A program made the position numbers and the translations under genes. A stretch of DNA of 64,000 bases, from positions 192,001 through 256,000 of the forward strand of contig CAWEHK010000008.1 of NCBI GenBank assembly GCA_963808625.1, read 5' to 3'. Positions 9,901 through 20,464 of the stretch are shown one piece after another. Under the pieces are notes generated by a model. It saw only the letters and a program-made list of their open reading frames with translations, had not been told where the DNA came from and did no database searches. The stretch's first letter is position 1. The number at the start of each line of letters is the position of its first letter. Source of the DNA: an uncultured delta proteobacterium (GTDB taxonomy: Bacteria > Desulfobacterota > Syntrophobacteria > Syntrophobacterales > Syntrophobacteraceae).

Positions 9901-11439
9901 CCAGTCGCTCAGGGTGCAGGTGCACTCGGGGGTGAGGCAGGCCCAGTCGGACTCCTGGCCGATGGCCGGAATGACGGCATCGACCTCGATGATGAATTCC
10001 GATCCCGCGATGGGCACCGGGCGCCGCCGGCCGCTGGCATCGGGTTCCCCGAGCTCCAGTTCTGATGCATTCAATGGCTTTGACGCGCCCATTTTCCCCG
10101 ATGATGCGGGTGGGAGTGGTGAGGGTCATGATCTCGATGCCTTCCTCGCGGCATTCTTCGATCTCCTCCTCGTTGGCGGGCATCTCCGCGTAGCTGCGGC
10201 GGTAGACGATAAAGGGCCTGGCCGCACCCAGACGCTTGGCGCTGCGCACGGCATCCATGGCGACGTTGCCGCCGCCGGCCACGGCCACCCGGTCCCCGAG
10301 GGCAAGGCGCTCGCCCAGGTTCACCCGGCGCAGGAAATCGGTCCCCGGATAGACCCCTTCGAGGTTCTCTCCCTCGACCCCGAGGATCTTGCATTCGTGC
10401 GCCCCGATGGCGAGGAAGAAGGCCTTGTAGCCCTGTTCGCGCAGCTGGGCGACGGTGACATCCTTGCCGATGTCGACGCCGGTTCTGAATTCCACGCCAA
10501 GATCGCGGATGACCTGGATCTCGGCTTCGATGGTGTCCCGCGGCAGGCGGTAGGACGGAATGCCCACGGTGAGCATGCCGCCAAGCACCGGCAGTTTTTC
10601 GAAGACGGTTACCTGATAACCTTCGATGGCGAGGTAATAGGCGCAGGAAAGCCCCGCCGGTCCGGAACCGATGATCGCCACTTTTTCGTCACGCTTGACT
10701 TTGATCTCGGGAACATAGCGCGTTTCGGAGTTGAGGTCGAGATCGGCCACGAAGCGCTTGATGAAATCGATGGCCACCGGTTCATCCACCTGGCCGCGCG
10801 TGCAGGCCGATTCGCAGGGGTGGTGGCAGACCCGGCCGCAGATCGCCGGCAGGGGGTTCTGCTCCTTGATCAGCTGCAGCGCTTCGCGGTATTTCCCTGG
10901 GCGACCAACGCGACGTAGCCCTGGACGCTGATGTGCGCCGGGCACGTAGCCTTGCACGGACTGGTGCCTTTCTTGTCGATGGCAAAAGTGCCGGGAACCG
11001 CCTGGGGATAACGCTTGTAGGCCGCTTTTCTGACCGAAAGGCCCTCATCGAATTCGTTCTTGAGGTTAATGGGACAGACCGTAGCGCAGTCCCCGCATCC
11101 CGTACACTTGTCGCGGTCGATGAAGCGAGGCTGCTGGATCACCGTCGCTTTGAACCGCCCCACCTGGCCTTCCAGGGCCGCGAGCTCGCTCAAAGTGAGC
11201 AGCTCGATATTCGGGTGGCTGGCGCATTCGACCAGTTTCGGCGAAATGATACACATGGAGCAGTCATTGGTCGGGAACGTCTTGTCAAGTTGCGACATCA
11301 CGCCGCCGATGGCGGAGGACTTTTCCAGAAGGTGGACATAGAAGCCGGAATTGGCAAGGTCCAGTGCGGCCTGGATGCCGGCGACGCCACCCCCGACCAC
11401 CATGACCGAACCAACGGAATTGTTTGGTTTTGTTTCCAT
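6998..11439 (-). CDS. hdrA: Large heterodisulfide reductase A-like flavoprotein (~1,480 aa) with inserted GltD/NfnB-type NAD(P)H:FAD module; frameshifts ~10897, ~10060, ~9722
   Basis: VVGGGVAG...DKTFPTNDCSMC; ferredoxin motifs; PCKATCPAH...CGRVCHHPCE...GSGPAGL...GIPSYRLP...GGGNVAMD; then QCVGSR, CSGVCC, ACSPRTHE, EAHAKLRP and a C-terminal 2x[4Fe-4S]. Confidence 0.88.
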
Positions 11440-11972
11440 GATTCCTGTACCCCGGAAGGTTAGCAAAAGCGATTGACGGTATGGTTATCCCTTGCTTGTT
11501 CATCAGGGATTGAGGGCTATGGCAAGCCTGGAGCCTGATTCAACAATCAGCAGGGCTACCCCTCTGTGATGGTGTGCACGGCTACAGTCAGCACCATGGC
11601 GGAACTTTCCAAGCAGCATCGGGCGGGAATGGGGAAATCGGTTTACCGAATCGGGATTTCCCACAACATGAGCATCGGGTCTGGATGCGAGCGCAAGAGG
11701 AAGCTTCACGGGGGCCACCAAGACGTGAACTGCCTCACAGAACACCAGGATAAATACGCCATCAGCGGCGATAAGACAATCTTTTTTTTCCGGTAGGGGG
11801 CTCATTGTCCTGCCCACGGCGACTGGAGCTAGTCTTCATCTTCCTTGCTCTTCATTCGTATTCTGCATATTCTACCAATATGGAACCGTCCCTATTGGAT
11901 GGTTCGCTCCTGAGGGATGATAGCAAGGGTTCGCCCAGCCCCAGCTTTTCGAGGTCTTGCTGGAGGGATTTC

Positions 11973-12425
11973 ATGGGGTCACATGACAAATATGGAAAAC
12001 AGGTATTGCGTTTGGCCACGAATGGTGAAGTAGTTCATTCCGGCCAGCCAGTTAAAGTAGATTTCAGTGCAGGTTTGCCTGCCAGAATTGACGGGGCGGT
12101 TGGTGGTAACATTGCCATTGAAGTCGACTCTCGGACATCGAAGCAGGTTCGCGGAGCTCTCCTCGACCTAATCTGCCATCCATATCCCAAAGAACTTCTC
12201 CTGCTTCTGCCGGTTCATATGTCAGACGCTGAAGTTGCGGCAAAACAATCTGATCATATCCTCGCCCAGTTTGTGCCTCGCGAATCCTTCCGCGTGGTTT
12301 TGCTCGGCGGTAGCGGAGGCAACCCAAAATTCGATGAGGACATCTCGAAAGTTTCAGATGCGCTGGCTGAACTCGGATACCTGGACAGATGCAGGGTTTC
12401 GTGTCGATACTGTTCGCCAGCTTGA
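11973..12425 (+). CDS. Hypothetical protein with PD-(D/E)XK-like motif
   Basis: ATG 11973 after GGAGG; ARIDG...IAIEVDSR resembles a restriction-endonuclease-fold core. Confidence 0.5.
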   Translation: MGSHDKYGKQVLRLATNGEVVHSGQPVKVDFSAGLPARIDGAVGGNIAIEVDSRTSKQVRGALLDLICHPYPKELLLLLPVHMSDAEVAAKQSDHILAQFVPRESFRVVLLGGSGGNPKFDEDISKVSDALAELGYLDRCRVSCRYCSPA

Positions 12426-12520
12426 GGAGGACTCGCGGGTGAGGTTTGTACGCAAGCAGGTTCGACGGCGCGTAACGCCGGGCGACAGCTAATCCTTAAA
12501 CACTCCAAGGGCAATTATCC

Positions 12521-12850
12521 TCATGAGACCTTTTGTTTGTGCTGCTTGGAAACTGGAACCCTCCTTGCTGGTTTGGAGGGTTTGAGCGCAATCAGGGAGC
12601 GTAGAGCTTTGTTCACACTCTCTGAATTTGGGAAATACTCACGCACATCCGGCTCCAGCATCACAGACCCTTCTTCCAAGGTGAAGTACTCCACCGTAAC
12701 GCTGCCATCATCTTGAAAGACTCTGACGGTATGCCCCTGTCGGTAGGCTTCGTAATATTTTCCACGGACACCCTTTTTGCCTGTCAGGTCATACTCGGGC
12801 AACATATCGCCTTGGGCCGCTTCGATTTGTTTATTCTTTGTTTTCCTCAT
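12521..12850 (-). CDS. BrnA-type antitoxin
   Basis: DMLPEYDL...GVRGKYY...VMLEPDVREYFPNSESVNKALRSLI; overlaps the end of the BrnT gene. Confidence 0.75.
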   Translation of the reverse strand: MRKTKNKQIEAAQGDMLPEYDLTGKKGVRGKYYEAYRQGHTVRVFQDDGSVTVEYFTLEEGSVMLEPDVREYFPNSESVNKALRSLIALKPSKPARRVPVSKQHKQKVS

Positions 12851-13138
12851 AAGTCCTTCGTTCAGATCGAGTGGTCCTGCGGCTACTAATGATACGCACT
12901 ACCAAACCATCTTCTGCTGTCTGTTCCGTGTGGACCACCAGTAACAATCTGCCGGAAACAGAACGGCCGATGCTGAGGTAGCGTTCTTCACCGTGGGAAT
13001 GAAATTCATCGGGAAAGGTAATCAGAAACGGATCGTTAAAAACCGTCTTAGTTCTTCAAAACCCACCTTGTGCTTGATCTGGTTCGAACGAGCTTTGTTG
13101 GCGTCCCACTCGAATAAGAGTCTCATGCTAACTCTCAT
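12831..13138 (-). CDS. BrnT-family toxin (frameshift ~13051)
   Basis: MRLLFEWDANKARSNQIKHKVGFEE/AKTVFNDP...DEFHSHGEERYLSIG...LLVVHTE...VRIISSRRTTRSERRTYEE after a one-base correction. Confidence 0.8.
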
Positions 13139-13337
13139 CTACCTTCATAAAATACCATTCTTTCGCGTCTCTCTCAATAGCCTGAGTCTGCCAACCTGGC
13201 AACACTGGTCTAGGCAGCGTCTATGATGTCAGAACGCCAATCGGGGAAAATGAGGGACGAGCCGCAGGACAACTCCGGAATTTGCGCGGGTGCCATGGCT
13301 TCCGAGTTTGTTCATGGCTTGCTCGCGATCATGAAGA

Positions 13338-14357
13338 TCATAGCTTCCTCGCTGGGACCTGAAAACTGGAACCCAGGGCTTCGATGACTCGATTCAAGTC
13401 CTTTTCCTGGATGGCAGCGGAGACGGAGGATACGGCACAGCTTAGGGCCAGGGGCGCTATGCCTGCCCTGCGCAGAGAGCTCACGAAGGCGTTGGCGATG
13501 CCGTAGCGGTCCCCGAAATGGGGGCCGTGCAGTAGGAAGACCGATACCGGGCCCTGGCAGAAGACGCCAACGCCCGGCAGGTCCTGGTCAAGCGCCTGCT
13601 GCACGGCATTATGGTGGGATGCGGCAAGACAGAATGCAAAGTAAAGGCTTTCGCCATCGGGGAAGGACTTCGAAACCAGGAGCGGCATCTTCAGCTGCAA
13701 TCCGTCAAGTTTCAGCAGGAGGGCGCCGAAATCGCCGAGGCGGTTTAACGGCAGACTCAGGTTCCACAGATCAAGACCGGTAAGGTGGGAAAGATCATAT
13801 ATTTTGATCACCTCCTCCTGGTAGGAGCAGATGATCTCACTGAGCAACTCTTCCTGGCCCCGGTAAGCGGCGTGCCAGTCCAGGGGAGACGACCAGGTGG
13901 GAAATTCGAAGGCTTCAAAAAGGCTGTAGATCGCACCTTCAAAATCCGAGGAAGGGACCAGGATGGTCATGGCCGAAGGGGAACTGGCAAAACCATAAGT
14001 TCTCAGGCCGTTTTCAGCGACGGCGCCGAGCAGCGAGCCGATGACGTTGAGCTTCTGATGATGGGGGAATATTGAAATGGTGCTGATGTTCGTCACCAGT
14101 TTGCCCACACCACACTGGCCATGGCTGGCTTTCCAGAGGATATAACTGGAAACGCCTTCAACATTTTCGGTGGCGGCAGCCGTGATTGCTTCATGCGCCC
14201 CGGTATTGGCAATATGAGTCAATAAGCTGATGTTGATCCGCTCAGCCGCCAGCCGTGCGCAAATATCCCCCAGGACATCATCGCCACTTCGACACAACGA
14301 AGTGAGATAAGCACGTTTTTCAAAAGCTTTAATCCCTCCCAGTCTCATTTTCGACAT
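13338..14357 (-). CDS. ACT-domain regulatory protein (aspartokinase regulatory-like, no kinase domain)
   Basis: Repeated ACT-like segments (LAAERINISLL; GPHFGDRYGIANAFVSSLRRAGI); no amino-acid-kinase motifs. Confidence 0.6.
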   Translation of the reverse strand: MSKMRLGGIKAFEKRAYLTSLCRSGDDVLGDICARLAAERINISLLTHIANTGAHEAITAAATENVEGVSSYILWKASHGQCGVGKLVTNISTISIFPHHQKLNVIGSLLGAVAENGLRTYGFASSPSAMTILVPSSDFEGAIYSLFEAFEFPTWSSPLDWHAAYRGQEELLSEIICSYQEEVIKIYDLSHLTGLDLWNLSLPLNRLGDFGALLLKLDGLQLKMPLLVSKSFPDGESLYFAFCLAASHHNAVQQALDQDLPGVGVFCQGPVSVFLLHGPHFGDRYGIANAFVSSLRRAGIAPLALSCAVSSVSAAIQEKDLNRVIEALGSSFQVPARKL

Positions 14358-14374
14358 GAGGGCCTCACCAATTC

Positions 14375-14764
14375 CTAAGCAAAGAGCCTCTCTATCGCCT
14401 CCACCAGGACCCCGGCATCAACCGGCTTGGGCAGATAATCGTCGGCTTCCGTAGCCATCCCGTCAGCATGGGAGTAGCTGGTTGTCGGCACCGCTTCGCC
14501 TACGGCGGTGAGCAGGACGATGGGGATATCTTTTGTGACCCGGCTTTTTTTCAGCTCGGCACAAAGGACGTAACCGTTTTTGCGGGGCATCATCACGTCA
14601 AGAACCACCAGGTCAGGTCGTCGCTGCTTGATGGACTCTTCCCCTTCGATGCCGTCATAGGCCTTTCCGACTTCGTAGCCTTTGCTCTCGAGCATCATGC
14701 CAACGGTTTCGACCATATCCGGATCATCGTCAACAATCAGAACATACTTCTTTCCCATTGCCAC
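14375..14764 (-). CDS. Single-domain response regulator
   Basis: VLIVDDDPD...VVLDVMMP...LLTAV...YLPKP. Confidence 0.92.
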   Translation of the reverse strand: MAMGKKYVLIVDDDPDMVETVGMMLESKGYEVGKAYDGIEGEESIKQRRPDLVVLDVMMPRKNGYVLCAELKKSRVTKDIPIVLLTAVGEAVPTTSYSHADGMATEADDYLPKPVDAGVLVEAIERLFA

Positions 14765-14777
14765 ACCTCCTCAGGTT

Positions 14778-14818
14778 GATTTCGGATTTCGGATATCGGA
14801 TTTTGGATTTCGGATTTG
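14778..14818. repeat. Heptamer tract (GGATTTC)n
   Basis: GATTTC GGATTTC GGATATC GGATTTT GGATTTC GGATTTG, directly upstream of the regulator RBS. Confidence 0.85.
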
Positions 14819-14889
14819 AAAACCGACACCTTGCCGAAATATGCGTTCCCTAATACAACTCCGAATAAACCAGTGTCCGCATTCGAGTT

Positions 14890-14920
14890 GTCATTCCCGC
14901 CAGGAACATGCGGGAATGAC
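14890..14920. repeat. GTCATTCCCGC-N9-GCGGGAATGAC palindrome
   Basis: Perfect 11-bp inverted repeat. Confidence 0.85.
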
Positions 14921-15111
14921 GTCCAGAGACCAAGGACACTTCATTCTGCCGTGCTGCACTAAGCTTTCATGCGCCTTTGATTTACAGGGGTGCTGGTAAT
15001 TATCATGTTTGCTCTTCAATCCGTGGAAAAATCCTGTCACCAAATCAAAAACGGCATAGCGGACGTTTCCCAGCCAGCGGATGGGCGCCCGGCAAGCGCC
15101 ATGGAAGCCGA

Positions 15112-16047
15112 TCAGTCGCTTCTGGGCCGGGGGTAAAGTCCCGCCCGCTGGACGATCTCGGGGACTTTTTCCTCCCATTCGATGGCCATGATATGGAAGC
15201 CGCGAATCCCCTCCACTTCCTTCAGTTCCGCGATCTGCTCAAGACAGATGTTGATTCCCTCTTCCGCCTGCTTCTCCTTGGGGACCCCCGCCAGGCGCTT
15301 GACGATGGCTTCCGGCACATCGATGCCCGGCACGCGGTTCTTCATGTATCTCGCCATGCCCACGTTCTTCATGGGGGTGACGCCGGCAAGGATCGCAACG
15401 TGTTCATGGAGCCCCATGTCACAGACCCCCTGCATCCAGAGTTTGAACTTTTCCATGTTGTAAATGCACTGCGTCTGGATGAACTGGGCGCCGGCGGCAA
15501 CCTTTTTGGCCAGGCGGAAAACCCGGATTTCAAAAGGGTCCGCGAAAGGATTTTCGGCCGCGCCGATAAACATCTGCGGCCGCCCATCTTCCATTTCATA
15601 ACCTCCGAGCAGACGCCCCTCATCACGCATCATTCGCACCGTTTGGATCAGCTTCGTGGAGTCCATGTCGAAGACATTGGCGCTGTTGGGATGGTCCCCA
15701 AACCGCTGATGATCGCCGGTGAGACACAGGATATTATGAATCCCGAAGGACGTGGCTCCCAGGAGATCACTCTGGATCGCGATGCGGTTCCGGTCCCGGG
15801 TCACCATCTGCAAGACCGGATCGATCCCCATCAACTTCAGACGGATACAGGCGGCAAGACTGCACTGGCGCACCACGGCCGTCTGGTTGTCGGTGATATT
15901 GATCGCATCGACATATTCCCTGATCATATCGGCTTTCTTTTGCACCGTATCCGGATTTCCATTTCGAGGCGGTCCGCACTCCGAGGTGACGGCCAAATGT
16001 CCGGCGGCCAAAACTTTCTCAAGGTTGCTGGGCGTTTTCACATTCAT
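15112..16047 (-). CDS. metF: MetF, copy 2
   Basis: Highly similar to 4954-5898, with the same catalytic motifs. Confidence 0.93.
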   Translation of the reverse strand: MNVKTPSNLEKVLAAGHLAVTSECGPPRNGNPDTVQKKADMIREYVDAINITDNQTAVVRQCSLAACIRLKLMGIDPVLQMVTRDRNRIAIQSDLLGATSFGIHNILCLTGDHQRFGDHPNSANVFDMDSTKLIQTVRMMRDEGRLLGGYEMEDGRPQMFIGAAENPFADPFEIRVFRLAKKVAAGAQFIQTQCIYNMEKFKLWMQGVCDMGLHEHVAILAGVTPMKNVGMARYMKNRVPGIDVPEAIVKRLAGVPKEKQAEEGINICLEQIAELKEVEGIRGFHIMAIEWEEKVPEIVQRAGLYPRPRSD

Positions 16048-16724
16048 GGCCTGACATCCTCCCTTACAATTTCGCGAGGTCCGCCATCACGGTTAACCGT
16101 CCAATCCTTGTCTTCGGCCGGCGTCTTGAATCGGTCCAGCTGGCCCAGGCTCTTGAGCCGATCGTAAATGAGCTGCCAGCCGCAGGGAATTTCTTTGTTC
16201 ATGAGGACACTCAGTTCACATTTGCCTTTTTCCGAACCACCGCAAGGACCGTTGAGCATGCGTTTCGAACACCGGGCAACGGGACAGATGCCGCCGGTAC
16301 TTGCGAGCACGCATTGGCCGCAAGCCAGACACCGCTCACTCCATACTCCCTGCTCGATGGTAACCCCGATAAAACAGGTGTCCACGGCCGGGAGTATGGG
16401 TTTCTCGGCATACATTTCCGCCAGGAACTGGACGCCGGCCCCGCAGGCCAAAGAAAGCACCGCGTCGTAGGTGTCCATCTTATCCTTCAGTTCCTGGAGG
16501 TACTCTTTGTCGCACTGGCGCGTCAGGCTGATCTCATCAATCTCCACCCGCCGTCCCTGCTGTGAAAAATAGATGCGCAGGGCCGAGGCAAGGGTCTGGA
16601 CCTCTTTCAGGCCGCCCGCTTCACATACTGCGACGCACCCGTTACAGCCGGCCAGCAGTATTTTGTCGAAGCCAGCGATCATGTTTATGATTTCATCAAT
16701 CGGTTTGGCTTTTGCCATAATCAT
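16044..16724 (-). CDS. metV: MetV, copy 2
   Basis: Intact 226-aa ORF with MetV Cys motifs, ending DWTVNRDGGPREIVRE; ATGA coupling to metF. Confidence 0.92.
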   Translation of the reverse strand: MIMAKAKPIDEIINMIAGFDKILLAGCNGCVAVCEAGGLKEVQTLASALRIYFSQQGRRVEIDEISLTRQCDKEYLQELKDKMDTYDAVLSLACGAGVQFLAEMYAEKPILPAVDTCFIGVTIEQGVWSERCLACGQCVLASTGGICPVARCSKRMLNGPCGGSEKGKCELSVLMNKEIPCGWQLIYDRLKSLGQLDRFKTPAEDKDWTVNRDGGPREIVREDVRP

Positions 16725-16826
16725 ACGGCCACCTCCCTAAAGTGATTCGACTCAGCCTCGTTTGGTCCTTGAATTTACCGGCTCCCGGACAGCAGCCGGC
16801 AACCGGGAACCGCCGATCATTAGCTG

Positions 16827-17264
16827 CTAAGCAACCGCGGCTTTGCCCTTGGCTCCATCGCTGACATTCAAGGGCCCAAGTTGCCGCACCTTTTCGGTCA
16901 TCTCCTGCACAATCTCGGCAAACCTGGGTCCCATTCCGGCGGAGAGATTGTACATGGCAATCCTTTCCGGAGCCACCCCAATGCTCTGGAGGATCTGCTG
17001 CACATAGCCTACCCTCTTCCTGGCCCTCAGATTGCCGGATTGATAATGACAATCGCCCTCTAAACAGCCCGCAACAAAAACCCCATCGGCGCCCTTCTCC
17101 AATGTCTTCAGCAGATGGACGGCGTCCACTCGGCCGGTGCAGGGCACGATGACGATCCTGACATTGGAGGGATAACTCAGTCTCATGGTACCTGCCAGGT
17201 CCGCAGCAGAATAAGCTCAGTAATTGCAGCAAAATGCGACAATGACCGGTTCAAATTGCGCCAT
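16827..17264 (-). CDS. mvhD: MvhD/FlpD, copy 2, predicted selenoprotein (UGA codon 16 at 17217-17219)
   Basis: MAQFEPVIVAFCCNY-U-AYSAADLAGTMRLSYPSNV; AAGGAG RBS before ATG 17264. Confidence 0.9.
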
Positions 17265-17281
17265 TGGATTTCTCCTTCTCT

Positions 17282-17423
<142 letters not shown>

Positions 17424-17430
<7 letters not shown>

Positions 17431-20400
17431 AACAAAGCGTCTATTTTCGCCATCAGCTGGTCGTCCGAATAATGGGCCAGTTGGATTGCCTTGGCCGGAC
17501 ATTCGGAGGCACAAATGCCACATCCCTGACAAAGCGCCTCATTGATTTCCGAAACATCGTTCTCGTTGATGCGCGGCACCCCGTACGGGCATCTTCTTAC
17601 GCAGACGAGACACGCCGCACACAGGCTCTGCTCAACATGGGCAACAACGCCGCCAATGGTCTGGTGCATGGAGGCAAGGAAGGAACCGGCCCTCGAGGCC
17701 GCGGCCATCGCCTGAGCGATGCTTTCACTGATCAGCTTGGGGCCGTGCGCCATACCGCAGAGATAGATGCCCTCGGAAGGAAAGTCCACCGGCCGGAGTT
17801 TGGCATGGGCTTCAATGAAGTAACCTTCCGCGTTGCGAGGGACTTTCAGGAAGGATGCCAGTTCCTCGGTTTCTTCGGCGACGGTGGCGGCGCTCAGCAC
17901 AACGGCGTCAGCGCTCATCCTGAGGGTGCGTTTCAAGACGTGATCCCGGAAGGTGACACTCACGCCGTCCCCCTGCGTCTCCGTTTCGGGAGGCTGTTCC
18001 AGATCGTAGCGGCAGAAAAGGATCCCTTCGTTCCTGGCGGCCGTGTAGTAATCCTCGAGCAGGCCATACATTCTCATGTCCCGGTAAAGAACCACGATAT
18101 TCATATCCGGGTTGAGCTCTTTCAGGAGCAGGGCGTTCTTCACCGCATTCTGGCAGCAAATACGGCTGCAGTTCGGATTCTCCTCATTGCGCGAACCCAC
18201 ACATTGGATCATGACCACACAGTTCCATGCGGCTACGTCTTTAGCACGCTCCTCCATGAGCCGTCCGAGCTCGAGCTGAGTCACTATTCTCTGGTCTTCC
18301 CCGTAGAGGAATTCTTTGGGCTTGTATTCTTTGGCCCCCGTAGCGACGATGACAACGCCGTGGTCGATCTTGCGATGATACATCCCCGGGCCAACCAGCA
18401 CCTCGGTACTGAAATTGCCTTTGTAGCCGGTGAACCCAACCACAAGGGCTTCCGTCAAGACCTGGATGTTCTTATGGTTGGTCACATCCCGGATGAGCTG
18501 GTCGAGATAGGCCTGCACATCCAGCCCCTCGATGGTGTGGTAAAGGGAGCGCGCCGTACCGCCCAGTTCTTTATCTTTTTCGACCAGGATGGTTTCGAAT
18601 CCCTGTCTCGCAAGACTCAGGGCAGCATTGAGACCGGCGATGCCTCCGCCCAGCACGAGACCCCTTTGCCTTATCTCCAGCGGCCGTTCGATGAGCGGCT
18701 CCAAATGGGCCGCACGAGCAACCGCCATTCTTACCAGGTCCTTCGCCTTCTCCGTTGCCTGCAGCGGTTCTTTCTGATGCACCCAGGAATCCTGGTCGCG
18801 AATGTTGGCCATATCGAACAGGTATTTATTAACTCCGCAAGCCTTCAAGGTTTCCCGAAAGAGACTTTCATGGGTCCTGGGCGAACATGCCGCCACCACA
18901 ATTCGATTCAGCTTCTCTTCCTCGATGATGCTTTTGATCCTCTCCTGGGTATCTTGAGAGCAACTGAAAAGGTTTTGAGTGGTGAACACGACATGGGGCA
19001 GCGTGGCGGCATAATCGACCACCTCGGTGACATTGACAACCGAGCTGATATTGATGCCGCAGTTGCAGACAAAAACACCGATCCGGGGCTCCTCCAGCGA
19101 TAGATCGCGCTCAGCCGGCAGCACTTCCTCCAGCGCCTGGGTCCCGCGGGCATCGGAGAGGTCGATGGCAGCAGCACAGGCCGCCGCACTCGCCTCCATT
19201 ACCGCGTAGGGAATGTCCTTGGGGCCCTGGAAAAGCCCGCAAACGTAGACTCCCGGCCGGGAAGTGCTGACCGGAGAAGTCACGCTGGTCATGGCGAAGT
19301 TGTACTGATTGAGGTCGATATCGAGCCTCCCGGCAAGAGCGATCGTATCCGGCCCGACCTCCATACCGACGGAAAGCACCACCAGGTCGAATTCTTCATC
19401 AACCATCTCCCCGTCTTCGGTGGCATAGCTTATACTCAGGCTCCCATCTGCGGAGCTCGGGTTCACCGTGTGCACCCTTGAACGAACGAACCGCACCCCG
19501 TATTCGTCGTTGGCCCGGTTGTAATATCTCTCGAAGTCTTTCCCATGAGTCCGCATGTCCATAAAAAAGATCGCCGTATCCAGGGGCTCGCTGCTGTGCT
19601 CCTTGGCGCAGATGGCCTCCTTGATGGCGTACATGCAGCAGACGCCGGAACAGTATCCATTGCCGCCGTGCTGGATATCCCTTGAGCCGACGCATTGAAG
19701 CCAGGCAATCTTGTCGGGCTTCCGCCCGTCCGACGGGCGTTCGAGATGCCCCTGGGTAGGCCCGGAGGCGCTCAACATGCGTTCGAATTCTTTACTGGTA
19801 ATCACATTGGGGTGAGCCCCGTACCCGTAGCTGTACATCTGAGGATCGAAAGCCTTGAATCCGGGCGCCAGGATAACCGACCCGACTTCAATCCGGTGGA
19901 CCTTAGCCTGCTGATCGAGAGCGACGGCCTGGGCCGGACAAAACTTCTCGCAGGCCCGGCACTTGCCCTTTTCAAAATAAATGCAGTTCTTCTCGTCGAT
20001 GGCATACTTCAAAGGTACCGCCTGAGGGAATTTAACATAGGCAGCTTTGCGCATGGTTCAGACCCTCGTTGAATTCATCCGCTACCTTCCGCGGACATTT
20101 CTCCGCACATACGCCGCACGCGATGCATTTCTCCATATCCACATAGCGCGGATGTTCCTTCACCACCGCGGTGAAATGACCCGCTTCACCTTCCAGATCC
20201 TCCAGTTCCGCCATGGTAATCAGCTTGATGTTCAGATGACGCCCGCATTCGACCAGTTTGGGTGAGAGGATGCACATCGAGCAGTCATTGGTGGGGAAGG
20301 TCTTATCCAATTGCGCCATGACACCCCCGATGGCAGGGGATTTTTCGACCAGGTAAACGTAGAACCCCGAGTTGGCCAGGTCGAGGGCAGCCTGAACGCC

Positions 20401-20460
20401 GGCCACGCCGCCTCCTACCACCATTACGGAACCAACAGAACGGCCCTGCTTGCTTTCCAT
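17424..20460 (-). CDS. hdrA: HdrA-like flavoprotein (~1,010 aa), copy 2, without the NAD(P)H insert (frameshift ~20056)
   Basis: Same N- and C-terminal motifs as copy 1; ORFs 20032-20460 and 17424-20054 join. Confidence 0.9.
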
Positions 20461-20464
20461 GACC

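Noticed and set aside
11250..11270. Selenocysteine in the HdrA CSMC motif
   Set aside because: Both HdrA copies encode Cys (TGT/TGC) there; their ORF breaks are indels, not TGA codons.
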